Positions 11,246 through 25,419 of a stretch of 64,000 bases of DNA are shown here, piece after piece. This DNA comes from Setoptus koraiensis (lineage: Eukaryota; Animalia; Arthropoda). How positions within the stretch are numbered: the first letter of the stretch is position 1; every line of letters starts with the position of its first letter. The notes below the pieces were generated by a model. It saw nothing but the letters and a program-made list of their open reading frames with translations. It did no database searches and was not told where the DNA came from. The stretch covers positions 14,260,001 to 14,324,000 of the forward strand of contig CM106585.1 of NCBI GenBank assembly GCA_048013815.1. Reading direction: 5' to 3'. Position numbers and translations under genes: made by a program.

Positions 11246-14200
11246 TCAAACCTCCATAGACTTGACTTTGTTCATTTCGCTTAAGTCTGATGATAATGTT
11301 GTACAATCGGTATTTTTTCTATTATTGAGGCAACTTCTGGCCGAAGTAGTGCTGGTCATTGCTTGAATGTGCTCATTGTAGCAGTCGTCGTGAAAATTGT
11401 TAGTGAGACACGATAATTGTCTGGCGTGATTGAATGTTGATGTTTGGATTGGTTTGGAGTTTCGGTTTGCTAATTTACCATCTTTTGTAATTGTACCTGT
11501 CTTTGCACATTCTCTGGTCTTCATGTTTGTTGGTCGCGTTGGTCGTATACTTTTGTTTTTGCTCGAACACCATAGGCAAGATAAAAATCTCTTGAATTCT
11601 TGACGAAATACACCTGACAAGAAGTAAAAATAATCAGCGTCAATTCAAATTGCCTCATATAGACATGTGAGTGGCATAAGACAGTCTAGCGCGATAGTAT
11701 GACTTTCGGCCAACTTACTGTTCATGTAGTTGTAGATGATAGGATTGATGGCCGAGTTAAGATAGCAAAAACAGTGAGACAGCATTGATATTGTCGAGGT
11801 TATCTCTGTCTGGGGGATATCGTCGACAATATGCCTAAGCATCAATAGAATATATAGATCATATGGTTATAATAAATCTTTTTCAGAGAAAATGCTCACT
11901 TATTACGATTGTCTATTACAATTATGAGTTATATTCATCTTCTTTGTCGGTAAGCTGCTCGTAACTTACCTGAGAAAATTTATCAAATGGACTGGAAGGA
12001 AGCAAACGCCAAATATAATTACAATCGCCATCAACATTTTAGCCGCTTTCTGCCTAGATTGTATCTTACTCTTGTTGTGCATATTAATAGAAGGCACCAT
12101 CGATGCTAGAATCGACCCAATGTTTGAGGTTGAGCCCAGGAAGGCTGAAGTATCTGTAGCTTCATCAACGGCCAAGCGAGAAGTCGCTATCGAGTTACTT
12201 CTGAGATGAGATTTGACTACTTTACCTTCATTGTCTCTATTCAAATTACTGGCCGAAATGTCTGGTCTTAGTAGGCCAGGAATGATCACGGATGTGTTAT
12301 TTAAGTTGTGACAGCCTTGACAGTCGGAAGCCTGGGCCACAGATTTATCACAAGACTTGAGGTCGCATAAAGAGCGCGTTGCTAGAGGCCAGAGAGAGAC
12401 GATCAAACAAGGAGGATGTAAGTTACAAATGAAGTGTCACTCAACTGCCTAGAAACAAATTACAATAAAAACAAGAAATCTTATACCATCGTAGGGATGC
12501 GACAATCAACATTACTTCCGTACTTACCTAACTCTTGTGCAGCAACCCTTACATTATATTGAGTTTTCTTACAATTTACACTTATGTCGCCTTTGCAGGA
12601 AGATAACTCTTCCTCGGAAGTGGAAGCGCGTGTGACTAGAGACGTTTTGTCAACAATTTTCTTCGGTTTCGTACCTACCTTCCGGAGAGGATTGGCCTCA
12701 TGATAGTTGTAACCATTGTCATGCTGCTCGCTTTCTAAATTGCAGCCAATGTTGCCCAAGGGTTGACGCAGCGGATCGAACGAGCTACATTCAATATTCG
12801 CACCATCTAGAGAGCGCGAATTAGTTGCAAGATTGCATAAATCATGCTTGTGCAAAGAACTATTAATATAATCATCACGCGAAGTTGAGAAGTTTTCCTC
12901 ATCGTTGCCTTTGATTGGTATATTCTTTTTAAGTAAATCAGTCAAGTTAACTGACTTTCTTGTTGAATAATTTGTATTATGAGATTCTTGGACATTATAT
13001 GGTGAGCCTTTGGAGTGATTAGGATTAATAGTGCTAGGTTTTTTAGCTTGTTTGATTGTCATAGTACGTGAGTTTTTTTCATGTCTCACAACGAGATTAT
13101 CGACGCCATTCTTGTGCTCATCTTGATAGTCTACTTCAGTATCGTCATCATAAATGCAGCTCTTCTCAGTTTCCACTGGGTTATTAGACGACTTCTCGGG
13201 CATGTTTTCATGCTGCTTGATTCGAGTCAATTCGTATGGTTCATGACCAGAGACGGATCGTCCACGAAGATCAAATAATTGCTTACTCGCGCTTTCTTTA
13301 ACATAGTTCGAGTCTGCTTCCTGCGCGGATATTTTTGGTTGACTCGTATCATTGAGATCTGATGAGCTTACAAATTCTGTGACTGGCGCACCATTTTTCT
13401 CTCTATCTTCATCGGTGACTATTATCTGCAACGAGCTGCCATTGCCGATTTTGATTATATTCGTGTCTCCATCATGGTTATCAAGTGATTGCTTCGAACA
13501 ATATTTGAATATCGATTCGTCGAGATCGACACTTTTATTGCTGGACAGAGAAGCAGGCAACCGCTTATGGTGGACAGATATGATTCTGCTGTCGTGCGGC
13601 TCTATGCCTTTTATTGTGCTGCATCTATTTTTAACATAAAAATTAGAGCCCCCTCGTTCTAGATCGTGAACATTACTAACGTCCGCACGTTCTTTCGTCG
13701 TTTGTGAAAGAACATCTACATTAGTGCCGTCTGTATTTGCACGAAAATCGTGTTCGCTGAGCAATTTTTCTGCAATAGGCGAGTCGCAAGCAATAGAAGG
13801 TTCTATTGGTGCATCCCTCGCATCACTGTTAATCACCGAAACTGACATAGTTGAGCCTTTCTCCCCTGTGAGTTGATTGTGGTGCTGGCGATAAGTCATT
13901 CGCTTGGGAAGAACCCTGGACTGTTCAGTAATTGAATTTGTATGTCGAGGAGCGACGACATCGTCATCATTATGTAATAAATAAGCGACCGTCACATTTT
14001 TGTCGGCTAACTGATTGACACCATTATCATCAGTATCGGCTGTGCTGAGAGAAGTATCACCGGATGAGGCTGATAATGAACTAAACGCAGCTTCTCTACA
14101 AGATGTGTCTCCTTTGTTCAAAATTGTTCGATTGTCGCCACAAAAAACACCATCTACGCTTGGGTTGCAGTTTGCAGAATGCGATTCCATGGCTGTTTGC

Positions 14201-17200
14201 TTTAAACGCTGCGCCGATTTGTTATTGACATAGCTATTGGGGGTATTCATTGTTCGCGCATTAACAGTAGATGAAGTTTGTGAGATGCCTTTCGAACATG
14301 ATCTACAAAATCCGCTACAGCAAAGAATGCTCGTACTAGAATTGCTACTCTCTCTTCTCTTGATTTTCTCGTTGATATTATTTAATTTAATTGTATCGTA
14401 GGATGACGAGGACCCAAATGATGATGCTGACTCTTTATTTGCTGGACTTTTAGGTTCTAATGTGCTGCCGAGATCGATTGTTATTGAATTAGGCGCATCA
14501 TTGATCTCTGATCCATCCGATCGAGCCATGGGGGTTATGAGACAGTTGGAGCAAACTAGCTGATTTATACAAACTAATTCAGCATTTCTCTCGTTGTCCA
14601 TAGCTTTAGTATCACAGACTGCTTCACCATTAGCTGTTTTATTGCACGAATGTTCGCCAATAATTTGATATTCGGATGCAGCAAGCTCATTTTCGTCATC
14701 ATTATCATTCACATGTATCATTCGATCTATTCTTTGATCACTCAAAGCATTAGTTGTCGGATTTAGTAATCTCGTTTGGGTCTTCTTGCTACTCTCGTTT
14801 GGTTTGTGTTCGCGTTCTTTGACAGCCTTTGGGGCACAACGTTCACTAGATATACCACAACGCATATCTATGTTCGTTTGGGTTGAGGGCGCACACGAAT
14901 AACACTGATCTGTTCTTGTTCTTGTTCGGCCGCTTGCAATTTTTTCTTTTTTTTCACCATCCACCGATGACAACAAATGCCACGAGACTTGTCCAGCCCG
15001 GTCATCATCATTATTATCGTCATATTTGCTGCGGTCAGATTTGTCAATAGAAGCTATTTGATCAGCTGGAACGTTTGGATCACTAACTAAATAATTACCC
15101 CCAGTCTTGAGTTGCGAATTGATTTGCTGATGGTGAAGGCTAGAGTCGCGATGAAAATTGATTGGATCAATTTCACTTCTATCAACAGACGGCGATGGAT
15201 CGGTGATAGTGTTAGTTGTACCGTTGGACTGCATTGTAGAGTGGTTTCGTTGTTGTCGCAAAGTAATTGAATGGCTATCTTTTTTGCTATCTTTGAGCCC
15301 ATTACCTGAACGTTCACCAGTATTGTCGTGGGCGCTTGTCTGTGTGCTGCTTGCTTGTTCGCAACGTTGTTGTTTTATCCCTGTGTGATCTCTAGTTATA
15401 AATCTATTGCAATTGGTCGCTTTTTGCGCGCTATTTAGCTCAACTTGAGACGGCGATGTATCATCATGACGGTTAGTTGTGTTCATGGTTGCGCTGGGCG
15501 CGCTAAGATTGTATTCGTCATTGGTTGAACAATTTATTTGGGCCATTGAGCTAACAGAATCATCATGACGATGATGCAATTCATTTTCACTTTGCGCTAG
15601 TAGTGGTGTTTGTTGTTGATGTTGTTCCTCTATTGTATCAGTGCTGTTATGTTGCACACACAACACGGGTATAGTTGTTTCGCAAGCAGGCTGTTCTTTG
15701 TGATTGATGGCATGACTTGTTTTATTCATGAATTTCTTGGCTCTTCTACCATTGTTGTTGTGCCCGCCACTGAGATGATCGATAGGCTGATGATGCTGTG
15801 GCTTGTTGTTGTCGTTGGTGCTGTTATGGTGATAATTTCTTGTAAATGATCGATGTTGCTTACCACGATCAGGAATGGATATCATCTCATTAGGTTGGGC
15901 CACTTTCAACACTTTGTTTATGTTATAATGGGCCACAACCATTAATAGAAACGGTATGAAATATAGTAAAATGGTCTTCTCAAACTGGAATATTCTGCTA
16001 GATTGAAGAGACCAATTATAATTGCAATCACTGTATAAGACGGTATCCAATCCTGACTCATATAGCTCCTTACTTTGTCTGGTTGTTAAATAAATCAAAT
16101 CCGGCGACATAATTAGAAACGATATGAGCCAAATGATGGCAATGATCTTTTTCGCCTTGGTTAGGTTGCTCTTGAATCGCAACGGATAACAAATGGCATA
16201 ATAGCGATCAATTGAAATGGCTGTTAGCGTGAGCACTGACACAGACACGGACACGTCCTGCCGGTTGCACGGTGCACGACAAGCATGGCACGGGTTGTAT
16301 CGCAGGCATCAGTGTGGGCAATTTTAATTGTGTCGTTGCATCAATGGGGCGGCCATTTTCAATTTGATGCGAGTGTGAAGCGAATTTAGTGAACACACCA
16401 TATAGAACGGAACGAATAGAATTTTTGTGCACCATGCGTGTTTCATGTCGGTTGCCGCCATTGAAACCGCACAATCATTCCATTCGAGCAGTTATAGGCA
16501 CCATAGACGCAGATCGTGAACGAGATGATGTTGATGATGATGATGATGATGTTTGTGGTTGTGATCGTTGGTGGGGTAGAATTGTTTTGTGGCCGCCATT
16601 GTGTTTGTTGCATCGCAATCGCCACGCCAATCAAGTTTATATGGTGGCAAGGGGAGACGAAAGGGGTAGAGAGAATGAAAAATTCACTTTTAGTATCATC
16701 GTGATGCATGCACAGATATAGTAATCAGAGAATTTTTTCCTCTGTCCACTCGCTCGACGCCGCGTCATTTGGGCTAATGTTACAGTGTAAATGCACACTG
16801 TGTGCGTGCATCGCACTGGAAAATATTGACATCGGTACTTTTATTTCCCCCTCCAACCAAATGTATACCAAATGTCGCGCTTTTCGAACATAGTAACGCA
16901 GTGTAGAAACTATTATCGCCAGCATAAATCCGAGCAGAAACAACGAAACGAAAAATACATACTTATAGGGTGTCCAAAGCAAGTAACCCTTTTCCCGCCG
17001 ATCTAGATGGTTCGCGACCATTCATGCGGCCATTTCTTTGATGCACAATGCACAATGAGGGATACGCAAGCACAGTTTTTACTCAAGTGCATACTGCATC
17101 GTTAGTACTGTACCAGCGAAACGCACAGAATGGACAAATCCCGACTCGGCGTCAGCAGCACACGCCAACGTTCTGTGCTGGTGTGCGGCGCGGAAAGTTG

Positions 17201-20200
17201 GGTGCTTGGGGACTTTGTCTAGACAACCAAAACATGCGTCCAGAGACAGCCAAACTGACACTCAAATGGCCAATCTTACACCGTGGCCAGTTGAGGGATA
17301 TGTGTCCTCGTCGTAAAAGGTTTGTAGCCAACCTAACTGTCTGTGACAACGAAAATGACACTCTGATCGATATCGTTTACTTATATTGCTTCAACAAATC
17401 AACTCTTGCAACGCCGGACGTGAATAAATAAATCATGGATTCCCCGAATTCAGTGAAGTAAGTTCATGTTGAATGACTCACAGAAGTAGTAGCCAACAAA
17501 AGTAGCCTAATTTAGCCTCGATGCCGTTGTGATTGCACATTTATTACCTAATGCTTGGTTCACGCCACGAAAAGGAATCCCTAAATCCATCTGGACGTAT
17601 TCATTTTTCACTTCACGGCACCGAAAACAACAAAAAAAGCCTCATAGCATAGACATTTTTTTTTCAATTTGAGGGAGGACCCCATTTTTCTAATTGCAAT
17701 CACCTGAGATTATAGAGTTGCTGCATAAATGATAATGCCGTAGATGGACACTGGTGCCAACCAAACACCGGTGAATCTCTGACGTGTAATAGAGGGTTTA
17801 ACGCAAACTATTCGCTGTGGCTTTTGCACTTCGCTCAGACTGTGCCGATTTGTTTATATTGGGATTATTGTTTATATTTATATTGGGATAAGACACGGAT
17901 GATAGTATGAGTTTACTCATTCTAAACTGACTCAAGGCGAAATACTTTCGTCTCGTTGAATGATGCTGCCATTGTGTCCCCTATTTAAGGTGTCTCATAG
18001 CAGACCTGACTATCGGTTGTATTAGATAGTGCTATGAAATAACTGAGAACAGAATAACAAGCGATCTGGTATTTTACTCTACAAAATCGAAGCAATGCAG
18101 CCAGAACCCATCAGTGTTGGGTTCGACAACGAAGCAGTACATATGCAAATATGCGCAATTCATTGGGTGTAATGAGGTATTGATGTCCATCGACCCTTGG
18201 CTTGTGCAGATCAAAAGAGGAGCAAAAACAGCATAACAATGTGGGATATCTTAGTGAGGAAGATATCGCACAATTTCCAGATTGAAGTAAATCCTCAGAT
18301 CATCAATCTAAAAAAAAATCCGACTACAATTGAAAGCATCTTGCGCCGAGTTTCCCTCCAATTGAATCCTACATCTTCCAGTTCGTGATGTCTTGAACAT
18401 GTCGAAGCTGCCACCATTGAACCAGATTCTAGAGGCACATCACTTTCCGTCTGAGTGCACAGATGCGAGCTCTTTTCCGAATCTCATACCAACTAGAGCA
18501 GCAATGAGAATCTAAAGCAAAACATTTCTTGGTTACTACAGAGATTTTTATCTCTTTCTTCCATAAAGAAAAACAATCGCCATACTTTAGCCTAACCAAT
18601 GGGGCTGGTATCACGTACTACTGCTAAGCGAGGCTATGCCGATATATTTTATTCGCCACTGTGGCAAGGTAATGGAGACTCTCAACACGAATTGTCTAGA
18701 CTTGATACTGGGCCAGAGTTGGTGGAAAAACGAGTTGTCATTAAGTTACTAGCTTCTCTTTTATTGGACAGCCGTCATGTCGACACGATTAGAAGCTATA
18801 TTCTCTTCGATTGCAATTAGCGGAACACTACTCATATATACTGATGGTCGCCAAATCGATTATTGTTGCGACCATTTTTGATAAGCAAACTAATCATCAA
18901 ACTAGGTATACTTGCACTCTAATCAGCTTATTAACACACATTCGGTGCCTTGGCTACGACAAACTAATTCATGGGCACAAATGTGAGACCCACAAATGAG
19001 CGTGAATGCCTAAAGCATAGATAACAAAATAGGGGGGTCCTCTTGCAGAGATTCTTCTTGGGGATACTATCGCTCTTACTTCGTGCACTAATGGCAAAAC
19101 GTTCTGGGATGGCATAAGTCGAGCAAGTTGTCGAATGGACCCAAATTTTCTTTCTTAGCACCCTATAAACAATCGTAGTCACAAAGTAAAAGCACCATGT
19201 AGCTCAACGCAATGGCTTTCTCACGTCTGCAATTAGTGGCGCGCACAAAAAATACTGCTCATGGTGACAAGACCGTCAGACATAGCACTTTATGTGTACA
19301 CACAGAAAGAACGTAGCTAGTCAAGGCAGATTTGTTTGTGTCCATAAAAAATAATGGTTCAAGACATAGTTATACGGAGCTCGTCAAGTGGGCTTCCTTC
19401 TAGAAACTTGTGTCATCTTTACGATTTATCGGACTACCGAGGAGCTCAACATGATCACGAGGGTGCGTTTTCGCGCGAAAATTGGTCCTCAGGGACAAAT
19501 AGACTATCTTATTTTATCCATGCCAGGTATATCCAGTGCTCATAAGTTCATAGCACAGTTAACTACGGCCTACGTAATTATTGCCTCGGATTGACCTCTA
19601 TCGCAGAGGACTAGAATGATCTATATCGATGGACATTAGTTTCAAAGTGTCAATGATGTCTTAGGCGAAGTAATCTGCTACCAAAGTTGATCACTCACAC
19701 TTTTCAACTGAAAGTGCCATCAGGCATTCTGCAACGCCAAGCCACCGAACCCTGACCGGGCTATCATTTATACTACTTCCAAATGAGAGTATCTATTACA
19801 TATTTCGGTACTATAAATTATACAGCCAATTAGTGCCTGTTTTGTAATGTCGTGAGCACACAACCAGAAAGTTTAATTAGACAAAAATGCATAGAATCTG
19901 CAGGCGCTTACAATAATGCACTTCTCTGTTGTCAAATGGTGACAAACAAATGTTAGTTAGTAATATAGAAATCTCAAGTTAGACTCGAAGTTAATTATCT
20001 TTATGAATAATTACTGTATTTCTGTTATGTCTCGAGTCAAGTAAGCGACATTTAGTAACATAGCAAGAATACATCAATCACAATCACAGTTCTTATACTA
20101 TAGTTGTGAACATTGAGTGGCTTTCTACTTAACGAGCTTCTTCGATGTTGCACTGATACGGGTAAGTATTACAAATGACATCATTATCATCATTATATAA

Positions 20201-21366
20201 CCAAAATATTACATGAATGCTCTCTCGCGAAAAAAAAAACTCATCATCTCATTCCTCTGTCTTCATCGTTATCGGTGCGTTTCCCGCTATTGATAGAAAT
20301 AAGCCCTCAAGTACTAAAGAGATTATCCGTCATGAGTTTATGGCGCTCTTGGACAGAGAAATAATAGATTACATGACAAAGCCTATTCATTTGACAATAG
20401 ACACACAAACACACTATCTGATAGTGACTATCACAATTAATTTGTTGGAGTAGAGATGGAGTTAGAGAGCAATTGCTCATGCATGTCAAGAATAAGCTAT
20501 TGTCCCATAGGCTAATGAAATTTATCTAGTCAATCGAGGCACATTATGAATTTTAAAAAACATAACGTGAGTGGACAGAGAATTAGTTGGTCAGAATATA
20601 TATTATTCGGAGTGAATTTCACTCAACTTACCTGAAGATACATGACCATCTTGCAGGCAAATGTGCCAAAAAACCATGTCAATGTTAGATCCCATATTAC
20701 AGTTGGTGGTAAGCATATCAATATGACTAGAAAATCAGCTAAGGCTAAATTGACAATAAAATAATTGGTGACATTGCGCAATGTGTGATTTCTGTAAACG
20801 GATAAACAAACAAAAACGTTTCCCGTTGTTCCAATGACAAATATAATAATATTCGCCAATATAAATGGATAATAATAAACACTAGGTTTGATGTCTGACC
20901 ACAATTTCTCCTGCCACTGCCAAGATGGGAAGCAGGTAACAACGTCCCCGTTTTCAAACAATAGTATTTTTGGTCCATCGTTACAAACAATAATTCTAGA
21001 GGCCGGTATTTTGTCATTGCTAGAGCCAATTTCAACTATTGGAATCAGACCTACCGAGTCTGATTGATTATTACTATCAGTGTTATTACTTGTCTGGGTA
21101 TAATCTTCAACCATCCTGCCGAAGCGATTAGATGGTTGCAAGTTTGAGTTTCTTGAATCTTGATCACTATATTCAAACGATTTGGGAATGTTGCTTGCGG
21201 GAGCGTTTTCTGGCTGAGATTGAAATTTCGACGATGCAATTTTGCCGGCATTGCTTAAAATTGACAATTGATGGGACATATGCGAAGACATAAACACAAA
21301 TACCAACAATATTGATGCAATTATTATGTGCAAAAAGAATGATGGCGACGATGAATTGGATAACAT
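11246..21366 (-). CDS. Allatotropin/orexin-receptor-like class A GPCR; exons 21366..20632, 16257..12528, 12381..11970, 11834..11719, 11613..11246 (~1786 aa long form)
   Basis: TM2 NYFIVNLALADFLVILICLPPTVIWD, TM3 LQ|DVSVSVSVLTLTAISIDRYYAIC, TM6 AKMLMAIVIIFGVCFLPVHL and TM7 SHCFCYLNSAINPIIYNYM. All four introns are GT-AG with matching phases. Confidence 0.88.
16524..16551 (+). repeat. (GAT)n microsatellite, imperfect
   Basis: Direct reading; lies in GPCR intron 1. Confidence 0.85.
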
Positions 21367-21618
21367 GATGGTTTAGGTGGTGAACAGAGGCGAAAAAGTA
21401 GCAACAAGAGTAGACTAATTATTTTGTTTATCTGATACAGCTTGGTTGTTGCTAGTTCCAGTTGCTGCTGGTACACATCCTGTGATGATCGATTCAACCA
21501 TAACGTCCGTGACGTAACCTGATACACTGACTAAATGAATGTGTGCCGCTATTTGTCACTTGCTAATGTAATGTAATACATTTATTTTGCACTATGTTTG
21601 TGACAAACTTTCGCTCGC

Positions 21619-21626
21619 CTTATATA
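21619..21626 (-). promoter_or_regulatory. TATA-like element (TATATAAG on - strand) ~250 bp upstream of the GPCR start
   Basis: End of a (TA)n run followed by AGGCGAGCG on the minus strand. It could be incidental to the microsatellite. Confidence 0.3.
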
Positions 21627-21642
21627 TATATATATATATATA
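21621..21642 (+). repeat. (TA)11 microsatellite
   Basis: Direct reading. Confidence 0.9.
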
Positions 21643-24600
21643 CCTCTCTGTGTTTGTATCTGTGTATTTTATTAACGGTTATGCTACAATGTGTGACTAT
21701 AACTCGACACTTTGTTGATGAACTTTCATTAGACTCCTGTGTCTGTTCAGCCTATAAGTAGAAGTTGATTTGAAAAATGTTCGTGTGGGGCGCATTGATT
21801 CGAAACACCAATAGTTGGTTCGTTGTTAAGTATTCTCTGTCACGTCGTTGTTTGTTTATACGCACATACTCTGAAAAGACTGATGATTGTACTCTAATTG
21901 ATTCGTAGCTATTTCACACAAACGCCAAAAGCTTGCCAGTAAGTGTGGCAGCCTGACAGGCAAAAAGAGACGTTCTAATGGCGGGGGCGTCCCGAAAAAG
22001 ATTGGCTAGAGAGAGAAAATGATGACAAAATAATGATGGCCTCTTGTGACTAAGGCGCACCTAATAGCACCTCCACCCTTCATGTTTTCTTATCTCAATC
22101 TCCAACTCTTCGGTGTTGTTGCACTTGTTCTTTTCGCTTGGCTTTTCTCGCATTGTGTGTAAGTGTGTTTGTATCGTCACTCGGGCCTAACAAGAAATAG
22201 ATTGCACAATACTTCCAGTATTTATTCATATATGTTTTTAAATGGTCATGCGCTGATTGTATTTAAGCAAAATATCACGCTTCACGATGACGTAACAAAT
22301 TCGACGCATCTCTCTTATCGTGTTATCTCTCTGTTTTCATTAATGCGCATGTTTGCATCATGATTAGGTCAAGAGTAGCAATTCAAGATCATTTGATGGC
22401 ACGAACGCTTGCTTAAATGAAGCCGAAATAACGCATTGTCTAAGTCTATATTAATAGTAATAATAATGTCGCAGTCGCTTCCGTTGACATTTAGTCATTT
22501 CCGTTTGTATGTCTTCATTCTAGTTTTTGCGCACCTGATTTGGCTGCCTTATGTGACATTTTTGCGTTAATGGTGTTTTGACAGAGCTGTAAAGCTACAC
22601 TAGTGTTGCCACTCTTTTTGTTGGCTACAATTTATTTATTTATTTGCTAGGCGCGTGGCCGAATTTAAAAAGAGTCGCCAAATCACGCAACGACAGTATG
22701 TTATAATTAGTTTAGCTGCCGGGTCTGTTTTGCTCTCACTAAACCAGACAGAACACAGTTGGATGAAAACACGGCTGAACACACATGTGGTTGAGGCTGG
22801 CGTGTCCAGAAGCTGACAACCCTTACATGACAAATGGTGTTGGCAAGCGAGCCAAACATCAAGTTGATGACATGATACAAGCGTGCTGTTGCGATAATTG
22901 TCACGATCGACACGAATACACACCAACCAGGCGAGTTTTGACGAGTTTCTGACTAACACATGAGCGAAATGGCTGCTGTTTCTGGGTACATTGACAGTTT
23001 CGTTGTTGTTGTTGTTGGTGTTGTTGCTGCTGTGCTCAGTGGGGACCCCGACGGAACAACAAAATGATGAACTCAAACTCATCTCATCAAGTTGCTTATG
23101 CGCCTGCGTGAGGCGCGTTTTCGGCCATTTTCTCTTCGTAATCAAGCCAGAAATGGCGTACTATGGCATATCCTTGCAGAACGGCCCGGTCTTGGTGCAT
23201 TCGATCCAAATTTGCTTGCAATGCTCTGTTAACTGATGGAATGGAATTTAATAATATAGATCATCGCAGTGCAGTGGCAATGGTTTGTGTGGGCCAGCGA
23301 AAAGGAGGTGGCCATATTAATAGAACAATTGTGAGTAATTGTAATTGTAAAGAACATTATAACAACTGGCCAGAGGGACACACAGAGATGGCAGCTGGAA
23401 ATAAAGAGCTTGGTGCCCATTACAGCTTGTCTTACAGTGCAGTGGCCAGCATAACAACAACAGTACAAGACACAACAAATATTGCACAACACAACCGATA
23501 AACAAAATGGGATGAAGTTACCAAAAAGAGATTAGTTTGCCCACACTAAACGGATACTCTAAGCTGTTAGCATTGATCAATGCAAGACGACAATTCGATG
23601 AGGCAGATTCTGTAATCATCCGATGCGAGCTGATGATACTTGATTAGCTCGCTCTCTTTCTTGTTTGGTTGTTTTTCCCAGGTCACTGATCACCTCACAG
23701 AGCATCTCGTCTCAATACTGCTGATCGCAGTATTGAGCAGAATGGCCGAGCTGGCCGAGCCAAGGCCGATATCAGGCCGATACGATGAAGGCAACAGATA
23801 ATAATCGACTTACACACTGGCGATGATTGCTTGTTGTTGCTATTATACTGTTTCGCCACTTGCTTGTTTGTTGGCCAGTTAACGGTTAAGCTGAATTAAT
23901 GCATACCAACACAAAAACATCTAATACATAATAAGAAATGGGCCGTGAAATAGCATGGCAGGACTCATAAGTGGATCAAACGGTTCCTTGTGAACACAAT
24001 CGCCCGAATGAGAATGCCTAATGAGCAGGCTCTGGCCTCCTCGTTGGCCAATCTGGTCTGAACGCTTTTTTTGAGGGCACCTCTCGCATCTTCGAGCAAC
24101 GGAACAACGCACCATAATTAATTGTGTAAAAATGAATGCCACCACCGGCTTATTCGCGTCGGCAGCCGCCCATTTATACCATCTACCGTCGACAGATGGT
24201 AATGATGAGAATGTTTGCGCCAGAGCGCCTCAAATAAGTCTTGTATTTATTAAATTACACACACACATATACAGTATGTCTGTACTTGGGCACTTTATAG
24301 GTGCAGATACAGTAGCAGACCACATGCCTTCCTACAACAGTAAATATCTAGGCCAAGCTCGTTGTATTTAGACCACTAACAGAGACAATTGAGTTACTTG
24401 CTCGCGTTTGGCAGCAGCATAATACATCATCCGACTTTGCTGGATGATGTATGATTTCGTTTTTTCTTTTCAGCAAAAATTTGAATACGGTCCCCACTAC
24501 ATATTGGTGTTTCCTTTCAAAGTCACTGCAAGCACTGACAACTAAATACCTCACTCATCGGTTTAGATGCAACAATATCAATGAGAGAGCCGTCGTCAGT

Positions 24601-25419
24601 GACAAAAGAAGCTAACCAGGCCCGTCTAAATGTCTCAGTGGACATACAAGATAGTGGTCCCGTGAAATTGTTTGTTATTTGTTTTGTCTTTTTAGCAGCA
24701 GCATTTATTTATTGTTTGGCTGCAATTCATCATCTCTTAGCCGATGATGCTAGTCCAAAAATGCCAATTTTAATCTACCTGCTATCCAAATTTCTATCGC
24801 TTTATCTCGAGAGATCCGCTCGCGCGATTGTGGCCACTGCTGGGCACACAATTGCAAGTAAATATATAGATATTTCACAGCAGACTTGGAGCTCACTCAG
24901 AAAAGCAATTTTTCATTTTAGGGCCTGACCTTTATCTTGACCTTCGTCTACAGCTAGTCAACATTTGGTCAAGTATAATACAATTATTAAAAATAATACA
25001 AAGGATTCCGAGAATGGATTGTGAGCTGTCATAATTTATTTCGTCTGAATTCGTTTGCGAGGCAGGCAAAATAATTTTTCTAGTTTGTATGACACTTACT
25101 CAATCGACTCTTGTCTCGTTGCTGCACGTGATGACTCATGTGATATGAATCGGTTGAACGAGTTACAAAACCTACTTTCGGAAACCCCGACATGTGTCAC
25201 AATTGTGCTTTTGTGACATCCAAAAAACACGCCTTCTACTACCAATATGCATGGAAGCCAGTGTATAAATTCAGTGTATAAATAACTCTCGATCACTTGG
25301 CCAGCTCAGCTTAGGCGAACAGTTCAATCGCATTCTGGGATAGATGCGAATAAGCTGAAGAATCTTTGCTAGTCATGTTCGGATATTGCGTATTACTTCT
25401 GATTGGCAAATGATTAAAA

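Noticed and set aside
19190-19270. tRNA/SINE-like stretch (CACCATG-TAGCTCAA...CATGGTG)
   Set aside because: A-box-like start but no D-stem closure, no B-box and no cloverleaf.
16258-20631. Nested gene in the 4.4-kb GPCR intron
   Set aside because: Only short ORFs without family motifs or consistent splice structure.
23745-23785. Four spaced GGCCGA copies
   Set aside because: Too short and degenerate to be called an array or element. It is not CRISPR-like, and the sequence is eukaryotic.
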